Source: Thermoanaerobaculia bacterium (GTDB lineage: Bacteria; Acidobacteriota; Thermoanaerobaculia; Gp7-AA8). From it: a stretch of 64,000 nt of DNA. Under the pieces are notes generated by a model. It was not told the origin of the DNA, searched no databases, and saw only the letters and a program-made list of their open reading frames with translations. Position 1 is the stretch's first letter, and the number at the start of each line of letters is the position of its first letter. The stretch covers positions 38,956-102,955 of the forward strand of contig JBBRTE010000015.1 of the NCBI GenBank assembly GCA_038244715.1, written 5' to 3'. Below, one piece after another: positions 26,395 to 37,395 of this stretch. The position numbers were made by a program, and so were the translations under genes.

Positions 26395-27578
26395 GCGGTC
26401 ACCGTTCGTCGGCGGCCCGCCGCCTCGAGCAACACGGCGGAGATTCCTTTGGCAAACCCCGCGACGGAGTAGTGCTCGACCGCATAACGCCGGCCGGCAT
26501 CGGCCATGAGGCGTCGTTCGCCGGAATCGCGCAGCAATCGTTCGAGAGCGGATCTCCATTCCTCGGGCGTGGTGGCCTGCAGATGGGTGACGCCCGCGAT
26601 TCCGATCTCGCGGACGATCCCGACGGGGCTGGCGACGCACGCGACCCCGGCTGCGAAATACTGAATGATCTTCAGTCCTGATTTCCCGCGCGACCACGAA
26701 TCGTCCGGGAGCGGGTAGATGCCCACATCGATCGTCTGGAAGTCGTGCACCTCACGGTCGAGGCGCCACGGCAGCAACTCGACGTCGACACCGCGCACGG
26801 CCAGGGAGGGCCGGCCCGATCCGACGACTTTCAACCGAAACGGAACCGATTGCGCGAGCGTTTCGAGCAGAGGCAGCAGCGGCTCGACATAGCGCCACGT
26901 ACTGTGCGTGCCCACCCAGCCGACGACCGGTACGTCGTGGGGAGCATCCGTTCGAGGCGTGACCGATGCCGTGTCGACGATCGTGGGCATGATCACGGCG
27001 CGCGCGCCGAGGGACTGGACATGATCGGCAATCACCTGGTTCCCGCAGATCACGGTATCGGCCCAGCGAATCAATTGATCCGTCTTGGAGGGCCACTTCA
27101 GCAGCGTGGCCAACCGGCCGTAGACAGGGCTCGTCACCGCGATCCATGTGGCATCGTCGAGGTCGAGCACGATCGGAACGCGCGCGACCCTCGATGCCAG
27201 CCATTCGATCCAGGGAGGTCCGAAGAGCATGACTTCCCGCTGCACCAGGAGGACATCCGCGCGCAGGATCCGCGGTAGTTGAAGGATCCGGCGCAGAAGC
27301 GAGACGCAAACACGGAACGAGGTCACCACCGCCTTCTTCGGATCGTAGAGATCGCGGAATGTCGCATCGGTGAGAAATGGGAAAAAGGTTACGCGGAGAC
27401 CGCCCGAGGCGAGGTGGGGCAGGAACTGGACGATGCGGAATCGGGTGGCGGCAGCGCCGAGCGGAAATGTCGATAGCGCAACGACATCGACGGATTTCCC
27501 CTCTGGCTCACTCCTCACGGCGCCCTCAACCGATAGGCGGGAAGTGCGATTCCTGGACCTGAATTTTCCAAAACCCAA
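26391..27578 (-). CDS. Glycosyltransferase family 4
   Basis: 395 aa; the track start codon is TTG. C-terminal LKIIQYFAAGVACVASPVGIVREIGIAGVTHLQATTPEEW is a GT4 donor-binding region. Confidence 0.7.
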   Translation of the reverse strand: MGFGKFRSRNRTSRLSVEGAVRSEPEGKSVDVVALSTFPLGAAATRFRIVQFLPHLASGGLRVTFFPFLTDATFRDLYDPKKAVVTSFRVCVSLLRRILQLPRILRADVLLVQREVMLFGPPWIEWLASRVARVPIVLDLDDATWIAVTSPVYGRLATLLKWPSKTDQLIRWADTVICGNQVIADHVQSLGARAVIMPTIVDTASVTPRTDAPHDVPVVGWVGTHSTWRYVEPLLPLLETLAQSVPFRLKVVGSGRPSLAVRGVDVELLPWRLDREVHDFQTIDVGIYPLPDDSWSRGKSGLKIIQYFAAGVACVASPVGIVREIGIAGVTHLQATTPEEWRSALERLLRDSGERRLMADAGRRYAVEHYSVAGFAKGISAVLLEAAGRRRTVTA

Positions 27579-27689
27579 CGATCTAAAAAATCGCGAGAAG
27601 TGTGTTCCAGGTCACGGCTGCTGGTGACATAATGGCGGACATTGCCGGCATCCAACCCGGTAACCACCAACAAACGAGGAGGCAGGACT

Positions 27690-28625
27690 ATGCAAACCAC
27701 AAGGTTGCGTTTGGGGCTTATTGCCCTTGTTATCCTGGTCACCGCGCTCGCAGCGCAGGGTCAGGCAACCCGCACTTGGGTATCCGGCGTCGGCGACGAC
27801 GTCAACCCGTGCAGCCGCACGGCACCGTGCAAAACATGGGCAGGTGCCATTTCGAAGACCGCCAGTGGCGGCATCATCGATGCGCTTGATCCAGGTGGGT
27901 TCGGAGCCCTGACCATCACGAAGCCGATGACCCTCGAAGGGAACGGCACGCTGGCCAGCACTCTCCACTCGGGAGTCAATGGCATCATCGTCAACATCAC
28001 CTCGGGCACGAACCGCAACGTCGTTCTGCGGAACATCCTCATCGATGGCAGCGGCATCACGATCGGCACGAACGGCGTCCGTTTCATCGCTGGCGACTCG
28101 CTCCTGGTCGAGGGCTGTTCCATCCATACAGACTCAGCGACCGGAATCGACTTCGAGAACGATCTCGGCATCGGCCAGCTGATCGTCCGAAATACCGTGA
28201 TCACGTCGACGACGACCGGCATCCTGATCAAGCCGCAGGCCGCTGCAAGCGCCGCTCGCGCGTCCATTCAGGATTCGCTCATCTCGGGATGCACTACAGG
28301 CATCCGAGCGGAAGACAAGGCCAACGTCAACGTCTACCAGAGCCGCGTTTCGGGGAACACCGATGGCGTTCTCTCCTTCGCAGCCGGCGGGATCGGCACA
28401 GTCGTGACGGTGAACAACTCCCAGATCGCTGGCAACAGTGGTTCGGGGTTGAAGACGCAGGGTGGCAATTCGTTCCTGCGCGTTTCCGCATCGACCATCA
28501 CCGGCAACGGTCTCGGTCTCGACCACGCGGCCGGCGGAGTACTGGAGTCCTACGTGAACAACGTGCTTTCGGGGAACACCACGAATGGCACGTTCACAGG
28601 CAACGCAGTTCCCGGCCTGCAGTAA
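27690..28625 (+). CDS. Secreted right-handed parallel beta-helix repeat protein (possible polysaccharide lyase/hydrolase)
   Basis: ORF 27642..28625 trimmed to ATG 27690, which is preceded by a GGAGG RBS. Signal peptide MQTTRLRLGLIALVILVTALAAQGQA. Periodic G/N/T/I-rich repeats (IIVNITSGTNRNVVLRNILIDGSGITIGTNGV...) typical of pectate-lyase-fold proteins. Confidence 0.75.
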   Translation: MQTTRLRLGLIALVILVTALAAQGQATRTWVSGVGDDVNPCSRTAPCKTWAGAISKTASGGIIDALDPGGFGALTITKPMTLEGNGTLASTLHSGVNGIIVNITSGTNRNVVLRNILIDGSGITIGTNGVRFIAGDSLLVEGCSIHTDSATGIDFENDLGIGQLIVRNTVITSTTTGILIKPQAAASAARASIQDSLISGCTTGIRAEDKANVNVYQSRVSGNTDGVLSFAAGGIGTVVTVNNSQIAGNSGSGLKTQGGNSFLRVSASTITGNGLGLDHAAGGVLESYVNNVLSGNTTNGTFTGNAVPGLQ

Positions 28626-28648
28626 GCGACATCAGTCCCTTCGACTGA

Positions 28649-28682
28649 AAGCCGCTCCGCCTTCGGGTGGAGCGGCTTTTTT
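28649..28682 (+). terminator. Rho-independent terminator after the beta-helix gene
   Basis: AGCCGCTCC-gccttcgggt-GGAGCGGCT, a 9-bp GC-rich stem, followed by TTTTTTC. Confidence 0.65.
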
Positions 28683-28931
28683 CTTGCGCCGCCGATCGCG
28701 CCAGGACGCTTGCCGCTCGGTCAGATCACTGAAAGTAGCCGGTGACGTCGATGATCACGTGAACCTTTCCGCTCGCGTTGAACACGGAGAGATCGTTCGG
28801 AGATGCACCGAATCCGACGATGGCACCATTGGCGACCCGCATCCAGAAGTTCGTCGTCTGACCAGATGTCACCGAGATCGATGACCCAACGGCCCCGGCC
28901 GATCGGGTTCGACGTGTCACCGGAGGTGCCG

Positions 28932-29210
28932 ATGTACGACCGACAAGTGATCGCGATCCCCGTGGGCATGGACGACACCCGCTGGCTCGTCATTCGCCGC
29001 GCGGCGGCCGGTAGCACGATCCAGGATCCGAACGATCCATTCCTGCTGAATCAGTTCGACGGGATGAGCAACGCCATCGACCACTACCCCGCGATGAGCG
29101 TGGACATGAAAGCGCGGCTGATGACGGCACCGGACGGGCGTGTCCTGGTCATCGCATTGAAGACGCCGGAGCCACCGCCGGCGAGACGGCATCCGGCGGA
29201 TCACTAGCCT
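28932..29210 (+). CDS. Small hypothetical protein (92 aa)
   Basis: ATG at 28932 preceded by GGAGG 6 nt upstream. MYDRQVIAIPVGMDDTRWLVIRRAAAGSTIQDPNDPFLLNQFDGMSNAIDHYPAMSVDMKARLMTAPDGRVLVIALK..., high GC3. Its 3' end overlaps the low-complexity tail of the convergent asnB-like gene by ~60 nt. Family not recognised. Confidence 0.35.
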
Positions 29211-31143
29211 CGTTGCGTCTGCGGTCCAGCCAGGCCTGGAACATCAGGATCGTCCAGAGGTACTGCTGCCACTCGCCACGACCGGCGACGTGCTCGGTCC
29301 ATTTATCGCGAACCAGCTCGACGTCGAAGAATCCCTCATCGCGCAGACGGCGCTCGCTCAGCAGCGACTCCGCCCACTCACGCAGAGGTCCGCGCAGCCA
29401 GGAATCCAGAGGAAGTCCGAAGCCCATCTTCGGACGGTTCGTCAGCGACTCCGGAACATAGCGCGCCAGCAGCTGCTTGAGGATCCACTTCCCGCCGCCT
29501 TCCCGAAGTTTCATCGACAACGGCAGCCGCCAGGCGAGATCGATGAGGCGATGATCGAGCAGCGGTTCGCGCGCTTCCAGACTGACCGCCATACTGGCCC
29601 GATCGACCTTGGTGAGGATGTCATCCGGAAGGTAAGAAACCTGGTCGAGGTACATCATCCGGTCGATGACGTCGGGAAGGTGCGGCCAGCCCCGGCGGTC
29701 CGTGATCGCGATCGGCAGTTCGCGAGCGCCCGGCACGACGCTCGGCCATTGCATGACCACTTCGCGGTAGAGCGCATCGGCGTCATCCGCCGTCATCGCG
29801 CGGGCCAGTTTGTGGATCCGCTCGCCGGCGCGCTCGCGCCGGAAAGCCCGCGGAACAAAACGACGCGTGGGCGACAGCAGCGTGTTCCATGTCCGGATCG
29901 GGACCGCGCGCATCGCAGCGGAGGCGATCGGTCGTGCGATTCGCGGAAGCGCCTCCACCTTGTCCCACAGGCGGCGTCCCAGGAAGTACCGGTGATAACC
30001 GCCGAAGAATTCATCCCCGCCGTCTCCGGAAAGACTGACCGTGACATGTTGCCGGGCCAGTCTTGAAACGAGGTAGGTAGGAATCTGCGACGAGTCGGCA
30101 AAGGGCTCGTCGTAGATGTCCGGCAGCATCGGGATGACGGCGAGTGCGTCGGAGGCCGTGACGTAGAGCTCCGTGTGATCGGTTCCGAGGTGATGGGCCA
30201 CCGCCGCGGCGTAATGGGCTTCGTCGTATTCGGCCTCACGAAATCCGATGCTGAAGGTTTTCACCGGCACGCTGCTCTGGGCCTGCATCAATGCGGTCAC
30301 GAGCGACGAGTCGATTCCACCGGAGAGAAACACGCCGAGCGGAACGTCCGACACCATCCGCAGCCGCACCGACTCCATCGCTACTCTCTCGAGCTCATCG
30401 ATGGCCTCGGCGTCCGTTCCGGAGAATCGATTGGCGGCGGCCCGTGTGATGACGTCGCGCAGGGACCAGTACTCGCGCTCGCTCCGCACGCCATCCGCAT
30501 CGAATGTCACGATCGTCCCCGGCCGTACTTTGAAAGCACCTTCGTAGATGCTGTACGGCGCGGGCACGTACGCGAAGCGCGTATACAACGCCAGCGCGCC
30601 GCGATTGATCGTCGTCGGGCACTCCTCGGCCACCGTCATCGCCTTCAGCTCGGAGCCAAACAGGATCGCGCGCGGCGTCGCGCTGTAGTAGAGCGGCTTC
30701 ACGCCCATGCGGTCGCGCACGAGGTGCAGCCGGCGCTCGCGGCTGTCCCAGACCGCGAATGCGAACATTCCGACAAACCGCTTGACCGTCTCGTCGAGAC
30801 CCCACGCCTCGAGCGCGGCAAGGATGACTTCCGTATCGGAATGACCGCGCCATTCCGGGGCGAGACCGGCGCGCTCCAGTTCCTTTCGGATCGACGCAAA
30901 GTTGTAGACCTCACCATTGAAGACGATCGTGTAGCGGCCGCTGACGGACTGCATTGGCTGATGTCCCGCCGGCGATACGTCGATGATCGACAGGCGGCGG
31001 AACCCGAGCGCGATTCCCGCTTCGACGTCCGACCAGACGCCGGAGTCATCGGGGCCGCGATGCGCGAGGCGGGCCGCCATCCGGGCTGCTGTCTCCGCAG
31101 CGCCGGTACCCTCTCGTCTCCAGATGCCTGCGATTCCGCACAT
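29149..31143 (-). CDS. asnB: Asparagine synthetase (glutamine-hydrolysing) family amidotransferase, EPS-locus type
   Basis: ORF 29149..31230 trimmed to ATG 31143, giving MCGIAGIWRREG with the catalytic N-terminal Cys2. SGGIDSS PP-loop ATP pyrophosphatase motif. 664 aa. Confidence 0.85.
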   Translation of the reverse strand: MCGIAGIWRREGTGAAETAARMAARLAHRGPDDSGVWSDVEAGIALGFRRLSIIDVSPAGHQPMQSVSGRYTIVFNGEVYNFASIRKELERAGLAPEWRGHSDTEVILAALEAWGLDETVKRFVGMFAFAVWDSRERRLHLVRDRMGVKPLYYSATPRAILFGSELKAMTVAEECPTTINRGALALYTRFAYVPAPYSIYEGAFKVRPGTIVTFDADGVRSEREYWSLRDVITRAAANRFSGTDAEAIDELERVAMESVRLRMVSDVPLGVFLSGGIDSSLVTALMQAQSSVPVKTFSIGFREAEYDEAHYAAAVAHHLGTDHTELYVTASDALAVIPMLPDIYDEPFADSSQIPTYLVSRLARQHVTVSLSGDGGDEFFGGYHRYFLGRRLWDKVEALPRIARPIASAAMRAVPIRTWNTLLSPTRRFVPRAFRRERAGERIHKLARAMTADDADALYREVVMQWPSVVPGARELPIAITDRRGWPHLPDVIDRMMYLDQVSYLPDDILTKVDRASMAVSLEAREPLLDHRLIDLAWRLPLSMKLREGGGKWILKQLLARYVPESLTNRPKMGFGLPLDSWLRGPLREWAESLLSERRLRDEGFFDVELVRDKWTEHVAGRGEWQQYLWTILMFQAWLDRRRNEASDPPDAVSPAVAPASSMR

Positions 31144-31147
31144 GGTT

Positions 31148-32095
31148 TCAGCGCCGGGAGGACTCGAACCACGCGATGGTCTTTGCAAGGCCGGCTTCGA
31201 ACGTGGTGGTGGCCCGGAAGCCAAACTCACGTTTCGCGCGAGTCACGTCGAGCATGCGCCGTGGCTGACCGTTCGGCCTGCTGGTGTCCCAGATGATCTC
31301 TCCGTGAAAGCCGGTCGTCCTGGCGATGATGTTCGCGAGCTCGCTGACGGCGATCTCTTCCCCGCGTCCGAGGTTCACCGGCTCCGTGCCCGAGTACTGC
31401 TCGGCAGCGGCAACGATTCCGATCGCCGCATCCTCGACGTAGAGGAACTCCCGCGTCGGCGTCCCATCGCCCCAAAGCACGACGGTGCGATCACCACGAT
31501 CCCGCGCTTCGATGAATTTGCGGATCATCGCAGGGATCACGTGGCTCGTCTCCAGATCGAAGTTGTCGCGCGGTCCATAGAGATTCACCGGCAGCAGGTA
31601 GATGCCATTGAATCCATACTCCTGCCGATACGCCTGCAGTTGCACGAGCAGCAGTTTCTTGGCCAGACCGTAGGCGGCGTTCGTCTCCTCGGGATAGCCA
31701 TTCCACAAGTCTCCTTCATGAAACGGGACAGGAGTGTTCTTCGGATACGCGCAAATCGTTCCCAGGCAGACGAGTTTCTCGACACCAGCCAGTCGTGCCT
31801 CTTCGATGAGGTGGATGCCCATGACCGCGTTCTCGTAAAAGAAGCGGCCCGGGTGAGCGCGGTTCGCTCCGATGCCTCCGACGACGGCGGCCGCGTGAAT
31901 GATCAGATTCGGCCGCGTGGTGCTCAGGTACGCGCGGACAGCTGTGGTGTCGAGAAGATCGAGCGCGGAAGCCTTCGGTGCGAAGAGAGCGGCAGGGTTG
32001 TGCAGTTCCAGGCTGCTGCGAAGGAATCCCCCCAGAAAGCCACCGCCGCCGGTGAGAAGAACACGGCGATCGTTCCAGAAGGAGGTCATCGTCAC
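31148..32095 (-). CDS. fcl: GDP-L-fucose synthase (GDP-4-keto-6-deoxymannose 3,5-epimerase/4-reductase)
   Basis: 315 aa, [12 protein letters not shown]...YGLAKK...; SDR with Fcl/WcaG layout; 4-nt overlap with gmd. Confidence 0.85.
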   Translation of the reverse strand: MTMTSFWNDRRVLLTGGGGFLGGFLRSSLELHNPAALFAPKASALDLLDTTAVRAYLSTTRPNLIIHAAAVVGGIGANRAHPGRFFYENAVMGIHLIEEARLAGVEKLVCLGTICAYPKNTPVPFHEGDLWNGYPEETNAAYGLAKKLLLVQLQAYRQEYGFNGIYLLPVNLYGPRDNFDLETSHVIPAMIRKFIEARDRGDRTVVLWGDGTPTREFLYVEDAAIGIVAAAEQYSGTEPVNLGRGEEIAVSELANIIARTTGFHGEIIWDTSRPNGQPRRMLDVTRAKREFGFRATTTFEAGLAKTIAWFESSRR

Positions 32096-33159
32096 CTCGC
32101 CCTGAGGCGCGCCTCAACGGCAGCAAGCTCGAGATCGGCGTCGACCATCAGATCGACCAGCTCCGCGAATGTCGTGCGCGGCGACCAACCAAGCTTCTCC
32201 TTCGCCTTGGAAGCATCACCGAGGAGCAGTTCCACTTCGGTCGGCCTGTAGTATCCCGGGTCGATTTCCACTCTCACGGCACCCGTCCGCCGATCGATCC
32301 CACGTTCCGCGGCATTGGCACCTTCCCAGGCCAACTCGACACCCGTGCGCGCGAATGCGCGATTGCACAACTCGCGCACCATATGTGTCTGTCCGGTCGC
32401 GATGACGAAATCCTCGGGCACATCCTGTTGCAGCATCCGCCACATCGCTTCGACGTAGTCTTTGGCGTATCCCCAGTCGCGCTGCGCGTCGAGATTTCCG
32501 AGATAGAGACGGTCCTGCAGTCCGTGTTTGATGCGGCTGGCCGCGCGGGTCACCTTGCGCGAGACGAAGGTCTCGCCACGGCGTGGAGACTCGTGGTTGA
32601 ACAGAATCCCGTTGACCGCGAACAACCCGTACGCCTCGCGATAGTTGACGGTCATCCAGTACGCGTAGACCTTCGCCGCACCGTAGGGGCTGCGGGGATA
32701 AAAGGGCGTCTGCTCGGATTGCGGAGTCTCTCTCACTTTCCCGAACATCTCCGAGGAGGAGGCCTGATAGATCCGCGGGCGGATTTGAAGCTCGCGGATC
32801 GCCTCCAACAAGCGAGCCGCCCCAAGTCCGGTCACGTCGCCTGTGTATTCGGGCGTATCGAACGACACCTTCACATGGCTCTGCGCGCCGAGGTTGTAGA
32901 TCTCGTCGGGGTTGACGATGCGAAGAATGCGATTCAGGGACGAGCTGTCGTTCAGATCGCCGTAATGGAGGATGAGCCGCCGCCCTTCCTCGTGCGGATC
33001 CTGGTAGATCGCGTCGAGGCGCCCCGTGTTGAAGGACGAGGAGCGCCGGATGATGCCGTGCACCTCGTAGCCTTTTTCGATCAGGAGCTCCGCGAGATAC
33101 GAGCCATCCTGTCCGGTGATGCCCGTGATCAGCGCTTTCCTGCGTGAAGGTTCTACCAA
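32092..33159 (-). CDS. gmd: GDP-mannose 4,6-dehydratase
   Basis: 355 aa, [41 protein letters not shown]...[10 protein letters not shown]; canonical Gmd. Confidence 0.9.
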   Translation of the reverse strand: MVEPSRRKALITGITGQDGSYLAELLIEKGYEVHGIIRRSSSFNTGRLDAIYQDPHEEGRRLILHYGDLNDSSSLNRILRIVNPDEIYNLGAQSHVKVSFDTPEYTGDVTGLGAARLLEAIRELQIRPRIYQASSSEMFGKVRETPQSEQTPFYPRSPYGAAKVYAYWMTVNYREAYGLFAVNGILFNHESPRRGETFVSRKVTRAASRIKHGLQDRLYLGNLDAQRDWGYAKDYVEAMWRMLQQDVPEDFVIATGQTHMVRELCNRAFARTGVELAWEGANAAERGIDRRTGAVRVEIDPGYYRPTEVELLLGDASKAKEKLGWSPRTTFAELVDLMVDADLELAAVEARLRAR

Positions 33160-33167
33160 GCATCACC

Positions 33168-34559
33168 TCATGCGCGAACGATGTTGATCCCGGCGTTGCG
33201 GGGAACGACGTTGCGCGTGTCGATGACGAGCTTCGCGCTGGCATACAGCTTCGGATCGGCGAAGTGCGAATGCGCCGTCGAGATCAGTACCGCATCGTGG
33301 TTGGCGAATTCGTCTGCCGTACACGGGACGGAGCTGAGGCTGATGTCGTGCTTCCTCCCCCGTCGGGCCACGGGCACGTACGGATCGCAGTAAGACACGA
33401 TCGCGCCCCGTTCCTGCAGAAGCTCGATCAGTTCGAACGATGGTGACTCGCGGTCGTCGTCGATGTCCGCTTTGTACGAGAGCCCGAGGACGAGCACCTT
33501 CGCGCCGGCGATGCTCTTCCCCATCTGATTCACCGCTTCCGTCGTGCGGTCGACCACATACCTGGGCATGGAGGCGTTGATCTCGCCGGCCAGCTCGATG
33601 AAGCGCGCCCAGGTCCCGTACTCGGCGGCCTTCCACGTCAGATAAAACGGATCGAGCGGAATGCAGTGCCCCCCCAGCCCAGGGCCCGGATAGAAAGGCA
33701 TGAACCCGAAGGGCTTCGTCTTCGCTGCGGCGATGACTTCCCATACGTCGATTCCCATGCGGTCGAACACGACCTTCATCTCGTTGACGAGAGCGATGTT
33801 CACGGCCCGGAAGATGTTCTCGAGCAGCTTCGCCGACTCCGCCACCTCCGCGCTGGACACGGGAACGACGCGGTCGATCGCGGATTCGTAGAGCGCCTGC
33901 GCCGCCGTCAGTGACGGCGCATCGATGGCGCCAACGATCTTCGGGATCGTCCGGGTGTTGAAGTGCTCGTTGCCGGGATCCTCGCGCTCCGGCGAGAAGG
34001 CGAGAAAGTAGTCGCGTCCGCAGACGAGGCCCTTCGCCTCGAACCGAGTCAGCAACTCCTCGCGCGTCGTCCCCGGATAGGTCGTCGACTCCAGCACGAC
34101 TAGCTGGCCGGGACGCAACCGCTCGGCAATCCCTTCCGCGGTCATCCGGACATACCTGAGATCGGGCTCGCGATGAACGCCCAGCGGCGTAGGCACGCAG
34201 ATGATGATCACGTCGCACTGCGCGAGGCGGTCGAAATCCGTCGTCGCCGTGACGCGGTCGCTACCAAATGCCCGCCGGATCCGCTCCTCGCCGATGTGTT
34301 TGATGTAGGACTCACCGCGGTTGAGGGCGGATGTCTTGTTGACGTCGACGTCGAAACCGATGACGGAAAAGCCCTGCTCCTCGAACAGAAGCATGAGCGG
34401 AAGACCGACGTATCCAAGTCCGATGATACCCACCACAGCGGTGCGAGCGTGGACCGCCGTCAGAAGTGTATCGAGCGTTTGTGTGTCTGTCGTCGGGGCG
34501 GTCACGGGAAACTCCTCCGGGGATTGGGCTAAGACACCTGGAAGTAGTCTTTGTACCAC
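33168..34559 (-). CDS. Nucleotide-sugar dehydrogenase (UDP-N-acetyl-D-mannosamine / UDP-GlcNAc dehydrogenase-like, WecC/TviB family)
   Basis: 463 aa, [14 protein letters not shown]...[12 protein letters not shown] (catalytic Cys). An alternative GTG start at 34505 would avoid a 31-nt overlap with the upstream gene. Confidence 0.8.
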   Translation of the reverse strand: MVQRLLPGVLAQSPEEFPVTAPTTDTQTLDTLLTAVHARTAVVGIIGLGYVGLPLMLLFEEQGFSVIGFDVDVNKTSALNRGESYIKHIGEERIRRAFGSDRVTATTDFDRLAQCDVIIICVPTPLGVHREPDLRYVRMTAEGIAERLRPGQLVVLESTTYPGTTREELLTRFEAKGLVCGRDYFLAFSPEREDPGNEHFNTRTIPKIVGAIDAPSLTAAQALYESAIDRVVPVSSAEVAESAKLLENIFRAVNIALVNEMKVVFDRMGIDVWEVIAAAKTKPFGFMPFYPGPGLGGHCIPLDPFYLTWKAAEYGTWARFIELAGEINASMPRYVVDRTTEAVNQMGKSIAGAKVLVLGLSYKADIDDDRESPSFELIELLQERGAIVSYCDPYVPVARRGRKHDISLSSVPCTADEFANHDAVLISTAHSHFADPKLYASAKLVIDTRNVVPRNAGINIVRA

Positions 34560-35536
34560 GATACAAAACGAGCAATTCCCTCGTCGATCGTGATGGTGGG
34601 GCGAAAGCCGACGGCCTTCTCCAGCTCGGTGACATCGGCCCGTGTGGAAACGACGTCACCCGGCTGCATCGGCAGAAGGTTCAGCTGCGCCTTCTTTCCG
34701 AGCGCCCGCTCGACGGCCCCGATGTAGTCGAGCAGGAGCACGGGGCGGTCGTTTCCGATGTTGAAAATGCGATAGGGCGCGTTGCTCCTCCCCGGGTCGG
34801 GATTCGCTCCGCTCCACTGCGGATCCCCCTCCGCACGCCGGTCCAGCACACGAATGACCCCTTCCACGACGTCGTCGACGTACGTGAAATCCCGAATCAT
34901 CCGCCCTTCATTGAACACAGGGATGGGCTCGCCGGCGATGATGCCTCGCGTGAAGCGGAAGAGCGCCATGTCCGGCCGGCCCCACGGTCCGTACACGGTG
35001 AAGAAGCGCAGGCCGGTCGAGGCGACACCGAACAGATGCGCGTATGTATGCGCCATCAGCTCGTTCGCCTTTTTCGTGGCCGCGTAGAGCGACACCGGAT
35101 GATCGACATTGTCATGCTCGGAGAACGGCTGCTTCGTATTGGCGCCGTAGACCGAGCTCGAGGACGCATAGACGAGATGCTCGACACCATGGTGCCGGCA
35201 GCCCTCGAGGATGTTCAGAAACCCGGTGATGTTGCTCTCGGTGTATGCATGGGGGTTCGTGAGGGAGTAGCGCACGCCTGCCTGGGCCGCCAGATGGACG
35301 ACGCGCTGCGGCTTGTGGCGCTCGAACAATCCGTTGATGGTTGCGGCATCGGCCACGTCGGCGAGCACGAATTCGAACCCGCTGAATTTCCGCAGAATCT
35401 CCAGCCGCGCCTGCTTGAGCGAGGGGTCGTAATAGTCGTTGAGGTTGTCGATGCCGACGATCGGTTCGCCGCGGCTCAGCAGTGCCTTCGCGACATGAAA
35501 GCCGATGAAACCGGCGGCGCCGGTTACGAAGATCAA
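34529..35536 (-). CDS. NAD-dependent sugar-nucleotide epimerase (UDP-glucuronate/GlcNAcA 4-epimerase-like, CapI/WbpP family)
   Basis: ORF 34529..35758 trimmed to the TTG at 35536, which overlaps the upstream stop. [20 protein letters not shown]...YAATKKANE (YxxxK). Confidence 0.7.
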   Translation of the reverse strand: MIFVTGAAGFIGFHVAKALLSRGEPIVGIDNLNDYYDPSLKQARLEILRKFSGFEFVLADVADAATINGLFERHKPQRVVHLAAQAGVRYSLTNPHAYTESNITGFLNILEGCRHHGVEHLVYASSSSVYGANTKQPFSEHDNVDHPVSLYAATKKANELMAHTYAHLFGVASTGLRFFTVYGPWGRPDMALFRFTRGIIAGEPIPVFNEGRMIRDFTYVDDVVEGVIRVLDRRAEGDPQWSGANPDPGRSNAPYRIFNIGNDRPVLLLDYIGAVERALGKKAQLNLLPMQPGDVVSTRADVTELEKAVGFRPTITIDEGIARFVSWYKDYFQVS

Positions 35537-36252
35537 AGCGTGAACCCAGCCTTCCTGCCGTCTTCGAAAAACATCTTGACGGTGTCCAGCGAATAGTCGG
35601 CCAGGTCCTTCCCGATCAGCGGCAGCTTCTTGAGGATGTCGTTCGTGACGGTGATGATGTGGCAGCCGATGGCATCGGCCTGAATGATGTTGAGCAGCTC
35701 GCGCGGACTGGCCCAGATCAGTTCCGCCTCCGGCGCCGCTTTCAGGATGCCGACGCACTCCGTCATGAGCGGAACGGGATCGCGGCCGGTATCGGCGATC
35801 CGGCCCGCGAATACGGAAACGCAGGAGGGAGCGCCGTCCTTCACCGCGTCGACGACGTTGCGCACCTGGTCGACGGTCATGATGGCTGTGATGTTCAGCT
35901 TCACGCCTTCATTCGCCAGGCGCCGCACGAGGTCATACGCTGGCTCCCGCCGCGTGTTCGTGACCGGAATCTTTACGTAGACGTTCTCGCCCCACGTCGT
36001 GATATCGCGCGCCTGCCGCTCCATCTCGTCAAACTCGTCGGAAAAGACCTCGAACGAGATGGGACGGTCGGGGATGGCCTCGACGATGCTGCGAGCGAAC
36101 GCACGATAGTCCGTGAGCCCGGCTTTGTGCATCAGCGTGGGGTTGGTCGTGAAGCCCTTGATCCACGGCTTCGCATACATCTCCAGCATTCCGGCCTTTT
36201 CAGCACCGTCTGCGAAGATCTTCACCTGCAGTTGGTCGACGGATTTCATCAT
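35533..36252 (-). CDS. tal: Transaldolase / fructose-6-phosphate aldolase family protein
   Basis: ORF 35533..36486 trimmed to ATG 36252 (ATGATGA overlap with the gmhB stop). [41 protein letters not shown]...VKIPVT (Schiff-base Lys context). 239 aa. Confidence 0.8.
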   Translation of the reverse strand: MMKSVDQLQVKIFADGAEKAGMLEMYAKPWIKGFTTNPTLMHKAGLTDYRAFARSIVEAIPDRPISFEVFSDEFDEMERQARDITTWGENVYVKIPVTNTRREPAYDLVRRLANEGVKLNITAIMTVDQVRNVVDAVKDGAPSCVSVFAGRIADTGRDPVPLMTECVGILKAAPEAELIWASPRELLNIIQADAIGCHIITVTNDILKKLPLIGKDLADYSLDTVKMFFEDGRKAGFTL

Positions 36253-36773
36253 TGGTTTGCCAGGATCCATTCGGCAGCATCGAGGAGTGAGGTGACACGG
36301 ACAAAGGGAGCGACCGGCTGCCGCTCCGCATAGCCCTGGTCGACAAAAAGACACTGGCAACCGGCGCGCTGCCCTGCTTCCACGTCGCGCCAGCGGTCGC
36401 CGATCATGTAGGACTGCTCCAGGAGGAGACCGTGCCTGCGCGCGGCATCGAGCAATGCGCCTGGCTTCGGCTTCCGGCAGTCGCACGCGTCGCCGTCGTG
36501 ATAGCAGGCGAGGATCTCGTCGAGCGGCAATGCCTGGCGAAGGTGTGCATGGATCGCTTCGACCGCTTCCCTGGTCTGCGTTCCGCGGGCGACGTCGGGC
36601 TGGTTCGTGACGACGATGAGGCGAAAGCCGGCCTGGTGCAGTTTCCGAAGGCCGTCTTCGGCCCCGTCAGCAAGCTCGAGCGCATCGACGGAGGGCGGCG
36701 CATACGGCTTCCCATCCCGCACGACCGCGCGATTGATCACGCCGTCGCGGTCGAGAAAAACGGCGCGCCCCAC
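36249..36773 (-). CDS. gmhB: D-glycero-D-manno-heptose 1,7-bisphosphate phosphatase (HAD family)
   Basis: ORF 36249..36839 trimmed to the GTG at 36773 that overlaps the upstream TAG. VFLDRDGVIN...LIVVTNQ HAD motifs I/II. 174 aa. Confidence 0.75.
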   Translation of the reverse strand: MGRAVFLDRDGVINRAVVRDGKPYAPPSVDALELADGAEDGLRKLHQAGFRLIVVTNQPDVARGTQTREAVEAIHAHLRQALPLDEILACYHDGDACDCRKPKPGALLDAARRHGLLLEQSYMIGDRWRDVEAGQRAGCQCLFVDQGYAERQPVAPFVRVTSLLDAAEWILANQ

Positions 36774-37369
36774 TACCGGGTCGACTCCCACTTCGTCTCC
36801 GCTGCCTTCAGCGCCGGATGGGACACCAGAAGATGCCACACCACGGCCTGGAAGGCTTCGGTGTGCGGGGTCACATTCTGAGGATTTACCGTGGGGATGA
36901 TCACGCAGGCATCAGCAACCTTCGCGGTATGGCCCCCATCCCGACCGACGATTCCGCAGATCGTCGCGCCGACCTCTTTGCCGTACTCGAGAGCAGCCAC
37001 GAGGTTGGGACTTACGTTCTTCTCCAGGTTTCCACCGCCGACCGAGAGAACGAAGAGGAGGTCCGACGGCGAGAGCCGGCTGACCTTCAGCCATTCGATG
37101 AAGACCGAGGCCCACCCCTCGTCGTTCGTCCGCGCCGTCAGCTCACTGACGTTGTCCGTCGGGGCATACGCTTCGATCCCACAGATCTTGCGAAAATCGT
37201 TGACGGCGTGCGAACAGTTCGCCGCGCTGCCGCCGACGCCGAGAAGGAAGAGCCTGCCGTGGCGCGCACGCAGCTCGGACAGGAGCTGCGCCGTCTTCTC
37301 GATCGCTTCGACATCGAGCTGGCCGATGATCGCGGCAGCCTCCTGGAGGTGCTGTTCCGTATAGCGCAT
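36773..37369 (-). CDS. gmhA: Phosphoheptose isomerase (SIS domain)
   Basis: ORF 36773..37633 trimmed to ATG 37369 (MRYTEQHLQEAAAIIGQL...). GRLFLLGVGGSAANCSHAVNDF SIS motif. 198 aa. Confidence 0.8.
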   Translation of the reverse strand: MRYTEQHLQEAAAIIGQLDVEAIEKTAQLLSELRARHGRLFLLGVGGSAANCSHAVNDFRKICGIEAYAPTDNVSELTARTNDEGWASVFIEWLKVSRLSPSDLLFVLSVGGGNLEKNVSPNLVAALEYGKEVGATICGIVGRDGGHTAKVADACVIIPTVNPQNVTPHTEAFQAVVWHLLVSHPALKAAETKWESTR

Positions 37370-37395
37370 GGACGACCGGCATTGTAACCGCGCCG

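Noticed and set aside
25123-26697. Full-length 524-aa version of the flippase ORF
   Set aside because: Its first 100 codons overlap the upstream GT4 gene and are Arg-rich. A GTG overlapping that gene's stop (26394) gives a normal Wzx N-terminus.
28726-28992. Minus-strand peptide ending ...SVFNASGKVHVIIDVTGYFQ; checked whether reading through the upstream in-frame TGA (28990-28992) reveals a third selenoprotein
   Set aside because: Translation upstream of the TGA is Arg/Ser-rich nonsense with further TGAs in frame. The 64-aa remainder has no signal peptide or start context. Possibly a gene remnant, so not called.
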